The translations under genes were made by a program, and so were the position numbers. This document shows, piece by piece, positions 13,215 through 26,154 of a DNA stretch of 64,000 nucleotides (the first letter of the stretch is position 1; every line of letters starts with the position of its first letter). The DNA lies in NCBI GenBank assembly GCA_013265495.1, contig MU058584.1, positions 6,662,407 through 6,726,406 on the forward strand, in the 5' to 3' direction. The stretch is from Vicugna vicugna (lineage: Eukaryota). The notes below the pieces were generated by a model. It searched no databases, was not told where the DNA came from, and saw nothing but the letters and a program-made list of their open reading frames with translations.

Positions 13215-13440
13215 AGTACCCTTATTCAATGTTGTGATGCCACCCTGACTACCCTTCACCATAGAATATACCATCCTATATTGCAATTGTTCCCTTGTCT
13301 TTGTCCACCTTTCAATCATAAGATCTTACAAGGGCAAGTAAGCCCTAAGTTGTCTTTGTTCATTGTTTTATCTCCTGATATAGTGCCTGTTGTGTGTTAG
13401 ATGCTCAACAAATAAACAACTATCTATTGAGAGAAATAAA
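13215..13440 (+). mobile_element. L2 3' end
   Basis: 'taagatcttacaagggcaag...tgtctttgttcattgttttatctcctgatatagtgcctg...tagatgctcaacaaata'. Confidence 0.75.
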
Positions 13441-16400
13441 CATCGTTCCAATATGTTAAAAAAAAAAAGACAAGTGAAGCATTTTGTAAGTTACCAAGAT
13501 TATATAACTTCTTATAATTGTTCTAATCTCCACTAAAATTACCTAATGAGAAAAATTACAATAAGCAGATCCCAGATTACAAATGTATCAGCTCAAGCAA
13601 TCTGACGAGTTTGCACAGTATCTAATTTGGGGGTTTTACGCATAGATATCAGCATGAATGTGTACAGCATATACTTAAAAACATGGGCTACAGGCAATAT
13701 AAACACGCTTTGTGGTCGGGGGCAGGTCTGTACCCACTGCCTACACAGACAACCACGTTCATGACAGACAACCTTGGAGTTAACATTGAGATGGTTTCAC
13801 TATGAAAGTGCCTCAAGATTGTAATATATAACTGCGATTCAGATGTAGAATAAAAGACTTACGGGGAGGGTGGGGAGAGAAACAGTTCTTCTCTGCATTA
13901 AAAAAATAAGAGAGAAGGTTTTTGTTTTTTTTTTTTTCCTCAACGACAGGACCATAATGATTCAATTTCTCTTGCACCAATCAGTATCCACTGTGAGATC
14001 CAGACCTGGCATATGGAAATTTCAGCCTTAAGTCAAATATTATTTCAAAGTTAATGACAAAATCTATTTTTGCAGTGGTCTTGTTTAAAATATTTCCCCT
14101 TAATACTCTTGAAATGCTGTAATTGAAAGCAGTTATTTGAGATGCTAGTGCATACTTCTTTAATTATGTCCTGTACCATCTGTTTCCAATGAAAGGGCAG
14201 TATCTGTTTGCAGTTACCAATCTTATGAAAACCAGGCTTGTCCCGAAATAGATTGGAACTAAAACCAGAAAGCATTTCTTTCAGAGGCATCCTTTCAAGC
14301 CAATTAACTTTAATCATTATAGAAATGTTTATTTCCCATCCTAGTCTCTCTTCACATGTAAATTCCTCCAGGGGAAAAGATCTCTTTATGTGACTGTTTG
14401 AATAGTTCCAATTTGGATTAATCAGAACCTGCTGGCCTGTTTATGTTCCAATTGTGAATGCTGGCAGATTTCTTGATGAAGGAGGCACACAGTCCCTGAG
14501 GAGAGCAGATCTAGAAATGCAGCAGATACACACCTACTGGTCTGAGAAAGTTCACTTAACCTTCAGGCTCCATGCTTGCCCCCACATTGCCTTCTAGGGT
14601 GGGGACCAATGAAGTGATTTGGTGAGTGGGAGACCTGCATCGGTATGAAGCCCATCTCCTCAAAGGAGCCAGACATTCTCTTAGACCCATGCCCACACGT
14701 CATTCTCATAAAAGCTGTAAGAAGGCTTGGTAACCATGCAAAACACAGCCTCTGTGGTGGTGGCTTATAAGTGGCATCATAACTACCTAGGGGAGAGTTA
14801 TTTCTGAATTGCTTCTGTTCCTCAGGGTAATTGGCAACCCGTGGGTCAATACAATGGATCATGGCACATTTTTGGATGTTATTATTAAGTAGCTTCATTC
14901 ATCCAGAATTTGCCTGTAATTCGTCCATAAAGCTCCTCAAGGGCAGAGATCTTTGGCTGATTTTTACACTAATATATCCCAAATACCTAAAACAGACCCT
15001 CAGTGAATATTTGATAAATGTATTCGCTCTTCTGGACCATCACAATACATCAATATAAGACACTACCAAGTCTCTGCTCTTTATGGTGTCTGGGAGACGA
15101 AAATGAAAGGATCAAAAGACAAGACATAATGACCATAATAAGCATCTTGAGGGAAGGACAACAAAACCATCTCTCTGCCCAGAAGGTATCTGTTGTAAAG
15201 TATCTGGGGCAGAGTTGGCATTTAATAAATATTTGATGAATTTAGCTCAGCAAGCATATGTGTCTTGGCCAACACCTTAAAAAAGCTTGCATTTACTAAG
15301 CCTTTAATAAGTTCCATTCACTGAGATGAATGTTTTATACACGAGCTCCCATGGTCCTCAAAACAAACACCCCGTGAAGTAGATATAAATTATTTTCAAT
15401 GTTCAGGTGAGAAGTTGAAGCTTATGTATGGACAATAACTTAGTGAAGTTGACCAGTTAGTAAATGCCAGTTTGAGATAAGAAAATCAAGTCTGTCTTAG
15501 TTGAAAGTTGATATTCATATGTGCTCTATTGTCTCTCCTGCAAAGCTCAAAATGTCCAGGAGGGCCTGTCTCTGACACACCAAAGCTCAGGGATTTCATG
15601 GTCATGTATTTAAAAATCTGAAACCACATTATCATCATTTGGAAAATGGCAATTCCTATTCCCATTTCTCCCTTGAAGCTTCTGGGGTTTTCATTGACTG
15701 GGCCTCCTAGTAACAACAGCATCCTTAAACTTTGGCTTCCTGAGTATCTGTAGCTTTTGGATCTCATGGGCTCCATCCAAGAAGCAGATATTCTCCTTGT
15801 TTCCCAAGAATCATGAGCGTAAGTGGCATATTTTTTTTCTCTTTGGAACTGAAATGTTATCCTGTCAGGTCGGATGGACTTGGAAGGCTCAAATTAAAGA
15901 AAACCACCCATCTATCCCACGCTCTCTTCCTCTGAAGATTTAAATGGAAGTGTAACAAAATCCCTTAAACCTTCATAATGTAATACCATCCCCAACTTTC
16001 CAGTGAGTTCCTGTGGGAATGTCAAGTGAGAGGCAGTTCAGGATGATGCAACAAAGGGAAACATGGAGGGAGGTGATGGAAAGTTGGGAAGGAGAATAGA
16101 GACACACTAATTATGCAGTGACTGAGCATCTTAACGCACTCACACTAATGAGTGGCTTCTGAAATTATGTGGTCAAGGAGGCAGTGGACCGCCATGTTCT
16201 TGAGCCTGGCATTCAGGAGCTGTGACTCATATGCTGGGTCTGGAGCAGACTAGTAAGTTATGAACAAAGGGCTAGCACTAATTCTACATTAGAGTGGCTA
16301 TGATCTATTTGTCAGCTGTTCATTTATCACTTAATAATATCAATCACCACTTCTCAGTCTTCACGCACAGTGTCCTAAATGCTACCCTAGCAGCAAGTGA

Positions 16401-16564
16401 GATGTATCTTTACCCAGAGAACATCCCATTTAAGTGCATTAAACACACACATACATAAACATGGGATAAAGATATGAGCTCCCCCAAAGGAAAAAAGGAT
16501 ATCAGGATAGGGTAAAAGTCAATTTGTTAAAATGAAAAATACTAATAACAATGACAATAAAATT

Positions 16565-16790
16565 AATAGTATCATTTATTTAGTTTCTGCTATGTACTAA
16601 GCACAATGCTAGAAGCTTCATAGTAACCTTCTAATAATATCATCTTTTGTGATGATATTTTTATCCTTGCTTTACAGATGAGAACATTGAGGCTCAAAGA
16701 GATTAACACGAGTTCCAGAGCTAGTAAATGGTCGAAGCAGACTAAAACCAGCTCTTCCTGACTCCAAAGCCTCTGCTCTTTCCATATTAA
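16565..16790 (-). mobile_element. MIR SINE
   Basis: 'tttacagatgagaacattgaggctcaaagagattaa...gagctagtaaatggtcgaagcag...ctgactccaaagcc'. Confidence 0.9.
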
Positions 16791-17559
16791 TGAAGCTTGT
16801 CTTAAGGATCATATTAGCAGAGGATGCTGTACAGAAAATTTGTACTGCGAAGGAAGGATACTGAAGAAACAGAGACGCTAAAAACAACACAAGATCCTGA
16901 GATATTCCTGAGCCAGAAATTAAAGCTCTATTTTCTGCTGCTTTACTAACTTTCTAACTTAGATAACGTCACTCCACCTCTCTGGGCTTTAGCTGTATCG
17001 TGTATTCCACCAGGTTAAGGACATGAATTTAATGCTGTTAAGAATTTCAATGGGAAGTTTTGGTGTCCAAATCTCACCCTCCTCCTATCTCAGGGTTCTC
17101 TGTTGAAGGAGATATTTCAGCAAAGCTAAGTAGCCAAACGGGAAATCATATGCCAGCATTTCAGGTGTAGGGCTCCTTGGCTACGTCGTTCTAGAGCATC
17201 TTGGGCTTTGAGGCTGTACTGGGCCTTCCTTTCCCTACTCCCACCAAGCATGATTAGATCTGGAAGGTATAGTCCAAATTTACACAAACAACTAGCCTCA
17301 TGGATAAGAACAGTCAGTTTGTCTCAGCCACCCCACTGCAAAAATCATAAGATCAAAATGTGAGTGAACTTCCCCTTCTGAATGGACCAAGGCAGAAGCA
17401 GGGGAAGGAAAAGCAGCAGAAAAGAAGAGTAATTTATCTCCTCCACAAGTGACTTCTAAGTTCATTCCTGGTATTAAGCATCCATGGACTGACAAAGGCA
17501 CTGCTCATAAACAAACAGTGCTAACATTTAACGACTATCCTTCACACTGAGACATGTAT

Positions 17560-17785
17560 GAAAGTGTGAATTACATGTAAAGAAATGACAATGAGATTAA
17601 AAGCAGACTTTTAATTAGAACAACAGATATCAGAAGACAGTGGCATAACATATTCAAAGTGCTAAGGGAAAACCTGGAATTGTTTTCACTCAGCTTAACT
17701 GTTATTTAAGAGGGGGAGGGGAGAAACACAATTTACTGTGCAGAGCCTTTCACTGAAAAAAGTATCAAATATGTGCTTCATGACA
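17560..17785 (+). mobile_element. Ancient L1 (L1M/L1ME-like) ORF1 3' fragment
   Basis: 'gcagactttt...cagaagacagtggcataacatattcaaagtgctaagggaaa' encodes a degenerate ORF1 RRQWHNIFKVL motif. Confidence 0.7.
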
Positions 17786-17799
17786 TTATCACTTTATGA

Positions 17800-18463
17800 A
17801 CCAGGCATCTCTCTTGAGCCCTGTCACACTGTTGCTCTCCTCTCTACCCTTGCTTGTGCTATGCCTCTGCCCACAAGGTAGAATCAATACGGCTAATGGA
17901 GTACACCCACATGAAACCTGTCTCTCCTTCTAGATCCTGGTCCTGATACCTAGTACACTAGAATGTCCTGCCAAAACCCCTGAGCCTATTTACAGATCCT
18001 GCATGGGCCTCTTTCCCCAGTCTGTTGTCCCAAGAGTGGGAGGTGCCACCAATGGTCACAGCCGTAAACTCAGGAGGTATCCAAGAGGTGGCCGTTCGCA
18101 AAGATTGTGAACTGAGCTTGGATGTATGGGTAATGGGAGTGACAAACATGTATAAAAAGCCTTTAATTGTGTGCGATGGAACCAGAGTGAGAACAGAATG
18201 GGTGCAAGCTGCAAAACAAAGGCCAGGGCTCTCCCCAAGCCATGATTTTTTTTTGGCCTGAAAGTCCAAGAAGTCCAAGAAATCTAATTTTGAACCTAGA
18301 CTTCCAGGTTGCTAGGAAGATATATTTGTCAAGATGGAGGACAGAATATCTTTTATTAATAATCTGTAGGCTTTATTTAAAAATGTCAGATATTTAGGCA
18401 CAAGGTATGTGGACCTCCATTTATATCCATGCTCTAGGCCCTGCAAATATTAGGGGAAGCCAA
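17800..18463 (-). mobile_element. hAT-Tip100 non-autonomous DNA transposon (MER115/Zaphod-like)
   Basis: The reverse complement begins 'ggcttcccctaatatttgcagggcctagagcatggatataaatggaggtccacatacc...cttgacaaatatatcttcctagcaacctggaag', matching my recollection of the MER115/Zaphod terminus. The left boundary is uncertain. Confidence 0.65.
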
Positions 18464-19700
18464 GAAGAAAAGGGAACCTATGGGGAAGGAAAAGAATATA
18501 AGAAACAACAATGTATGGAAACTAATAAACCATGCCACTAAATTAATAAATCAATGATCTTAAAAAAACTAATAACTAATTTTTGTGGGTTTAGAGAGTG
18601 CTAGCATCAAGAGATTTCCGGTCAGGATGGCAGAGTAATAGGACCATGAGCTTGCCTCTCCTCATGACTACAACAAAACCACAACTGCCTATTAAACAAC
18701 CATCGAGAAAAAGACTAGAACCTAGCAAAAAAGATCTTGTTCAACGGGAAACATAAAGAGGGGACCACAGTGGGATGGTAGGAGGAGTGTGCTTGCAATA
18801 AAATCAGGCCCCATACCCCATGCCCCAGGTGGTGACCCACAAGCTAAAGAAAAATTAAGTCGCAGAGGCCTTCCCACAGGAGTGAGCATTCTAAGCCCCA
18901 TGTTAGGCTCCCCAGCTGGGGTTTCCAGCATTAGGAGGAGGAGGAGACACCAGGACATGTGGTTTTGAAGGCCAGCAGGGCTTAGCTCCAGGAGCCCCAT
19001 GGAACTAGGGGAAACAGACTTCATTCTCTTGGGAAGTGTACACAGAATTTCAGGTGCACCAGGTCCAAGGGCAGAGGCAGTGATTTCATAGGAACCTGAG
19101 CCAGACCTGCCTGCTGGTTTTGGAAGGTCTCTTGGGGACATAGGGGATAGCTGCAGCTCACCCAGGGGACATAAAAGCTGGTGGTGGACATTCCAGGAGT
19201 GTTCATAGGAGAGTTCATGTACATGAGCTTTCCTGGAGGCTGACATCTTGATTGGTTCTTTAGCACCAGGACCTAGCCCCACACAACAGCCTATAGGGAA
19301 GACTCAGGCCAAACAATATACTGGGTGGGAACACAGCCCCACCCATCAGCAGACTTTCTGAGCCACAAATGCCTCTAGACACTGTCCTACCCACCAGAGG
19401 TCCAGAACCAAGCTTCATCCAGCAGTTGGCAGGTACCGACTCCTCCTGTCAGGAAACCTGCATAAGCCTCAAGTTCAGCTTCATCCACGAGCAACAAGAA
19501 AAAAACAACCCCAAAGCCTCTGGAAGGAATGCACAAACACAGGCCAGACACTACACTGGGACCAGCTGGACCCTGGACCTTGGGTGACAAGAGAGGAGTG
19601 TACTGCTAGGATGCATAGGACGTCTCCCACAGAAGGCCACCTCTCCAAGGCTGAGAAATATAACTAACCTACCTAAAAGTACAAATAGAAAGGGGACAAT

Positions 19701-20596
19701 AGGAGGTGGCAGAAGAATATCTCCCAAGCCAAGGAACAAGATAATATCCCAGAAGAAGAAATAAATGGTGAGGAGATAGGCAGTTTATCTGAGAAAGTTT
19801 AAAGTAATAACGGCAAAGATGTTCAGAGAACTCTAGAGGAATATAGATGCACAAAGCAAAGTTTTTAGCAAAGAGTTAGAAAATATAAATAACACCCAAA
19901 CAGAGTTGAAGAATAAAATCACTGAAACGAACAACACACTAAAAGGAAACAATAGATTAAATGGGGCATAAAAATGGATCAATAAGCTAGAAGGCAGATT
20001 AGTGGAAATCACTACTGCAGAACAGAAAAAAGATAAAAGAATGAAAAGAAATTAGAATAATTTAAGAGAACTCTGGAGACAACATGAAGCAGACTAATAT
20101 TTGCATTATAGGGGTCCCAGAAAGAGAAGAGAGACAGAAATGACCTGAGAAAGTTTTTGAAGAGATAGTAACTGAAAACTTCCACAACTTCAGAAAGGAA
20201 ACAGTCACCCAAGACCAGGAAGCACAGAGAGTTCCACACAGTGTCAGCCCAAAGAGGAACACACCAAGGCACACAGTAATCAAACTGAGAAAAATTAAAG
20301 AGAAGGAGAAAATATTAAAATTATCAAGAGAAAAGTAACAAATAACATACAAGGGAACTCTCATACGGTTATTTTTTTTAGATGATTTTTCAGCAGAAAC
20401 TCTACGTGCCAGAAGGGAGTGGCACAATATATTTAAAGTGATGAAAGGGAAAAACTTACAGCCAAGAATACTCTATCCAGTAAAGCTCTCATTAATACTT
20501 GATGCAGAAATCAGAAGTTTCACAGATAAACAAAAGCTAAAAGATTTCAGCATCACGAAACCAGCTTTACAACAAATGTTAAAGGAACTTCTCTAG
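19701..20596 (+). pseudogene. Inactivated L1 ORF1p (RNA-binding/chaperone)
   Basis: Translates to TNICIIGVPEREER...QEAQRVP...PKRNTPRH... and FSAETLRARREWHNIFKVMKGKNLQPRILYPVKLS...KPALQQMLKELL*. The start codon position reads AGG, and there are several stops and frameshifts. Confidence 0.93.
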
Positions 20597-20657
20597 TCCT
20601 CAAACAATAAGAAAAGAGAACAATAAGAAGAAAGAGGGGAAAAAAACACCTACAAAA

Positions 20658-20960
20658 GATTGCTTTTGCATGATGGAGTCTTTTATGTTTCCATATAAAT
20701 TTTAGAATTGTTTGTTTTAGTCCTGTGAAAAATGTCATGAGTATTTCAACAGGGATTGCATTGGATTTGTGGATTGCTTTGGGTAGTGTGGCCATTTTGA
20801 TATTGCTGATTCTTCCAATCCAGAAGCACAAGATATCTTTCCAGTTCTTTGTATCATGTTCAATTTCCTTCATCAATGTTTTACAGTTTTCAGAGTATAC
20901 ATAACCTCCTTGGTTAAGTTTATTTCTAAGTATTTTGTTGTTTTCGATACAATGGAAATG
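20658..20960 (-). pseudogene. Inverted L1 ORF2 fragment (end of RT and downstream region)
   Basis: ORF track 20553..21023(-): YSENCKTLMKEIEHDTKNWKDILCFWIGRISNIKMATLPKAIHKSNAIP...ILKFIWKHKR, typical ORF2p sequence. KYLEINLTKEV appears in the adjacent frame. Confidence 0.92.
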
Positions 20961-21424
20961 TTTATGCCAGTTATAAAATTCCGGTTTTTGAAGTGAAAAA
21001 AAAAAGTGAATGAAGGACCGCAAGTGGCAAAATAGCCTTCTTTTTTATGGGTGAGTTGTATTCCATTATATATACATGTATACATGCTGCATCTTATTTA
21101 TCCATTCATCTATTGATGTGCACTTAGGATGCTTCCATATCTTTTTTGTCAATTATAAATAATGTTGCTGTTAATAGTGGGGTGTATGTATCTTTGAATT
21201 AATTCTTATTTTGTGGTTGGCTTTATTCCTTTGATCATTATGTAAGTTTAAAAAGCTAAAGCTCTAAATGTTCTTAGAAACAATGAACAGTAAATGTACA
21301 TAAATTTTTTAATGTGCAGTATATTGTATATATGTATTTACATGCAATATATTGTATATGTGCAAGCTGTAACAATTCTACCTAATAAAACTGAAAAATA
21401 AAAAAAAAGAGTGCTAGCATCTCA

Positions 21425-22700
21425 TTGTTCAAGAGGAGGATGCAAATAATGAATAATTTTATATGCCACTAAAAAATTTAAAGCTAATCATGTATGATAA
21501 AACAATAGATAGTTCAGGGTAAGCACTAAAGGAATAGACATACTTATTTTCTGAACAAAGAGAGGGAAAGAAAAGGGAAATACATTGAACTTTATTAATC
21601 CAATGGATGAAAAGGAAAAGGGAAAATAGAGCAAAGAAATAGTGATAAACAGGAAAAACACAAACTAAGACAGGAGTAATAAATCCACATTTTGGTAATT
21701 AAAATAAACGTAATGCAATGAAAGCACCTTTTAAAAGAAATTAGTAGTCTGGATAAACTAAAGAATAAAGTCCAGCTATATGCTACTTATAAAATATACA
21801 GCTGAAATAAAACAATGCAGGCTGAAAATGAAGTTATGAAAAAAAGATATAACATGTAAATTCAAATGAAATTAAAGCTTATTTTATAATGTTAATACCA
21901 ATAACATAGAATTGAGGGCAAGATAGTTAATATAAATGAAGTGTGATACAGCGTAACAATATAAGGAGAAATCAACCAAGAAATAATAATCATAAATGTA
22001 TATGCACCTAAGAGCATAGTTTCTAATATAGAAAGAAAAATTGCTAACAGATATGTCTTTCAAAGCAGAGTGAAAGTAAGCAAGGATATAGAAGATTTGA
22101 ACCAAACATTACCAAGCTTGATCTAAATCCCATATTTCTATCACTATATCTACAGAGATTATCCTTCTACCTTTAGTTAGAAAATATATACTGTTATCAA
22201 GAACATAAAATGTATAAAAATTAACCACATAGTAGAGTAAATTTAAATGAAAAATTAATAACAGAAAAATACCTAAAGTATGTCATGTATATGAAATTAA
22301 AAAAAACTTTTTAAAAATTCATGACTTATATGAGAAATCATAAAGAAAACAGGAATATTCACAACAAAAAATGGTGAAAATATTAATTTTGTAATTGTTA
22401 GGATATAGCTAATATGATACTTATATGGAAGCAAGTAAAAGAAAAATTAACCTTAGAAAAAGAACAAAAATAAATAAAATTTGAATACAACAAAATATTA
22501 AGTATCAAGAGAATAGATAGATGGAATTAATTTTATAAGAATGGGATAATATTCTTAATGCTATTTTAAATAAAATATACAACATTTAATTTTACTCTAA
22601 GAAGAAAAGTAATTAGAAATAAATTGATGAATGTTAGATAAAAATTTCTTCTGTATCAGAATTATTACTTTTTAAAAATCCCTCTAAATTTAAAGAAGAT
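21425..22700 (+). mobile_element. Ancient L1 inter-ORF/ORF2 endonuclease region, probably the continuation of the L1 at 17560
   Basis: A-rich sequence with EN-like 'tccagctatatgctacttataa...caaccaagaaataataatcataaatgtatatgcaccta'. Confidence 0.7.
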
Positions 22701-22739
22701 ATATGAAGAAAATTAAATTGGTGTAATTGTCATTTTTTT

Positions 22740-23770
22740 AAACTACATTCCAATTTTAGTGTGATTTTTATCTCTGCCACCAGCAATGAAGCAATTGGTT
22801 TGCCGCATTTCCTTTAGTCCCTTCAGCTTCCTAGTTTTGTTACCTATGTAATTGTTACTTGTTTAAAAGTTGTAACACATATTGTTTTTCTGCAGCCATA
22901 ATTCCTGCAATGGTTAAATTCTATTCTATTTTTAAATGATTCAACACCTGCAAGTGTTTGTTTTGTTTAATTTTACCACTGTTTTCCAACATGGTGGATT
23001 TTAATTTCTTTAAAAATCACTTAATTGGCTGGTTTTTACTATTGAATGTTTGAGTCAAGAAATCTTTGTTGACCTCTATAGTCCTTTACTTTGTTTATAT
23101 GTGAAGTGTCTGCCTTTTCTCATATTTTCCTGAATGGCAATTTGTCTGAGTCAAATATTCTAGGATCTAACAGTTGTTCCTACAGAACATTGGAGCCATT
23201 GCTTCATTATATTCTGAGTTTTTTTTCCTCCTTTGGTGACTCAGTTTTTCTGCCTAAGTATCTAAAGCAATTCCTTAAAAATTTTTCTTTTTAAATTCAG
23301 TAATTTATTAGTAATTTAACCAGGATTGTAAAGAACACTAATTTTGTATTATTATTTCTTAGTATGCAAAGTGTCCTCTGAAATTGTGAATTCAACTCAT
23401 TCCTCAACTCAGAAAAATGTTTGTTATTGTGCTGTATCTTTAGGAGAGGTCTTTATTTCAGAGACGTCAACTGTCTTCAAAACCAGATTATATTTGTCTT
23501 TCATAACTATCGTTGCCTCTCTAATTGCCCAAATCTTTTATCTGTGATTATTTCAATGTCTCTCTGATGCCATTAATCTAGTTTGTAACCATGCCGTTTC
23601 TTTCCTGGGTCTTTCTAATTAAATAAATTAGAAAAAATTTGCAGTGCTGATGTTTTAGTTCATAATCTGTTTCATTAGTTCTACAACCTCCTTTTCATCT
23701 CATTCTTTTGCCTCATCCCATCTTTGAGCTTATATTTTTACACAATTATTTTCCTTTATGAAGCACTATA
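22740..23770 (-). mobile_element. Ancient L1/HAL1-type ORF1 region, antisense
   Basis: T-rich, with 'ggcaatttgtctgagtcaaatattctaggat...cattggagccattgcttcattatattctg' being the reverse of the ORF1 C-terminal region. Confidence 0.6.
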
Positions 23771-25383
23771 TAGCATTATACCAGGTTAAGATGGAAAAGA
23801 GAAGCAGAGGTGCAAGTTTTCCCTCGTATAATACCTAAGAATTAACAAAAAATATTTTTAAGAGGCAAAACTATATGTAATACACATGTTGCCTGTATAT
23901 GTGTTTAATGAAGATGAATCGTTACATTATTGAGATAGTTTATATTTGGTCCCACAGGTAAAGAGGATGGACTTCAAATTTTTTCATGTCCATTCCAAGA
24001 TATTGAAAAACAACTCAAAGTATTGTGTTATCTGAATCTTAAGAGTTATATGTGTATATCTATATATAAAATTATCTGTTTCTAAAAGGAAATTTTGCAA
24101 TCCAATATAATTTATTTTAATCTAATTCAGTTAGTTTATATCAATTCAGTCCAGGTCAGATAAGCTCAGTTAAACTTAACTGAATACAACTGCTTGCTCT
24201 CATCTTGGTCCACCTTCATATTAGTACAAGAAAGTAAACATCCAGCCCCAGATAAAACCTCTCTATTGCCAGTGTTTGCTCTTGCCACTCTCCAGCTTCC
24301 CTACTTACTCACTTGACTAGCTTTTTCCAGGTCTCATCTCCTGAACCTTTGATCTTTTGGCTTTGTGACCCAGCTCCTATTACCTGCTCTAGATCCCTCT
24401 TTGTTTTGACAACTTATTTGGACCAGTTTCTGTGTCCTATTAATTTTAGTCTATTTCACTAATCTGTTGACTTATGACACATTCAACTTTGATGACTTTG
24501 CAAGTCAAAATAAGAGACACTTGGTTAAAGACTAGTTCTAAAAAATTCACCAGAATATGAGACTATATCTTGACCTGTCTACAAGTGTATAATGCACTTT
24601 TGTGCAGGCAGACAGAAAATGACAGAGAAAGACCATGTATATTGTGAATTAAAAAGACAATGATGCCTCAACATGTTCACCACTGTGCTTCTTTGTCCTT
24701 AACTCTTTACCCTTGATTATTTACACTCATAGCTTCCTCTAACTGGATAGAGCCAAAAATGCTAGCCCAACCAGGAACTCCTTTTATGTGTGCCAATGCA
24801 ATTCCTAAAGACTACATTGGGAGAAGTAGGCACGTAACTGAGGACCAGCATCAGTTCAAAGTTCTCAAAGTAAATTACCTTCCAAAAAGTTCAAAGATAT
24901 AAAGAAGGCAGACAGAATTTTTATGGCTGGTAAATGGATTTGAACTGTAGTTTGCTATATTTTCATGCTTTGAGTGACAGTCTAAGTGTCTTTCTGTTAA
25001 TCTTGGCAAGGCAGAAATTCAGATTTTGTCTTTGGTGTTTTTTCTTTACTTTATTATTTTTTTAACTGTGGCAAAGCAGTATTTTCCAAAACTTAGCAAA
25101 AGCATTAAAGTCGTCTTCTTGATTGCTCTGCCCAAAGAATTACTTCCTATTGTGTGTGTTCAAGGACTTTTATGAACTAAATTAACCTTAAATTATAGTA
25201 ATGTTCTCACTACTCTCTCTGGAACATGTCTCCGAAATCTAGTAATTCTTATTATGTATTAGATATTTCTTTTTGATTCTGGTTTCCAAATTTTCTACAC
25301 AAGTTTCTTTGAACTACATCTGTCTACATTATGCAGCAATTCTAACATGGGGTTATGACCTTCATATTAAGAAAGGCATTTAA

Positions 25384-26154
25384 TCATACCAGTCAGAATG
25401 GCCATCATTAAAAAGTCCATAAATGATAAATGCTGGAGAGGGTATGGAGAAAAGGGACCCCTCCTACACTGTTGATGGGAATGTAGTTTGATACAGCCAT
25501 TATGAAAAACAGTATGGAGATTCCTCAAAAAACTGAAAGCAGACTCCCTCTATGATCTAGAAATCCCACTCCTGGGCATATATCTAGAAGGAACTCTAAT
25601 TTGAAAAGATACATGCACCCCAATGTTCACAGCAGCAGTATTTCCAATCACCAACACATGGAAGCAACCTAAATGTCTATCAACAGATGAATGAATAAAG
25701 AAGATGCAGTATATATATACAATGGAATACTACTCAGCCATAAAAAAGAATAAAATGCCATTTGCAGCAACATGGGTGGACCTGGAGATCATCATCCTAA
25801 GTGAAATAAGCCAGAAGGAGAAAGAAAAATACCATATGAGCTCACTCATACATGGAATCTAAAAAAAAGGACACAAGTGAACCCATGTACAAAACAAACA
25901 GACTCACAGACATAGAAGACAAACTTATGGTTGCCAGGGGGAAGGGGGATAGGAAAGGAAAAATTGGGAGTTAGGAACATGCAGATACTAACTACTATAT
26001 ATAAAATAGATAAACAACAAGGTCCTACTGCATAGCACAGGATACTATATTCAATACTTTGTAATACCCTACAATGAAAAAGGAATATATATATGCATAA
26101 CTGAATCACTATGCTGTACACAACACTGTAATTAACTATACCTCAATTTAAAAA
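25384..26154 (+). mobile_element. 5'-truncated L1 (ORF2 C-terminus + 3'UTR) with 15-bp TSD
   Basis: 'tcataccagtcagaatggccatcatt...tgctggagagggtatggagaaaagggaccc...tacatgcaccccaatgttcacagcagc'. TSD aagaaaggcatttaa (25369-25383) / aagaaaggcctttaa (26155-26169), 1 mismatch. Confidence 0.95.

Larger units (their letters stand above)
18609..21407 (+). mobile_element. L1-derived 2.8-kb element: 5'UTR + ORF1 + inverted ORF2 fragments + poly(A) tail, with 14-bp TSD
   Basis: Perfect TSD agagtgctagcatc at 18595-18608 and 21408-21421. L1-type start 'gtcaggatggcagagta'. ORF1 at 19701-20596. AATAAA at about 21384, then an A-tail. Confidence 0.92.
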
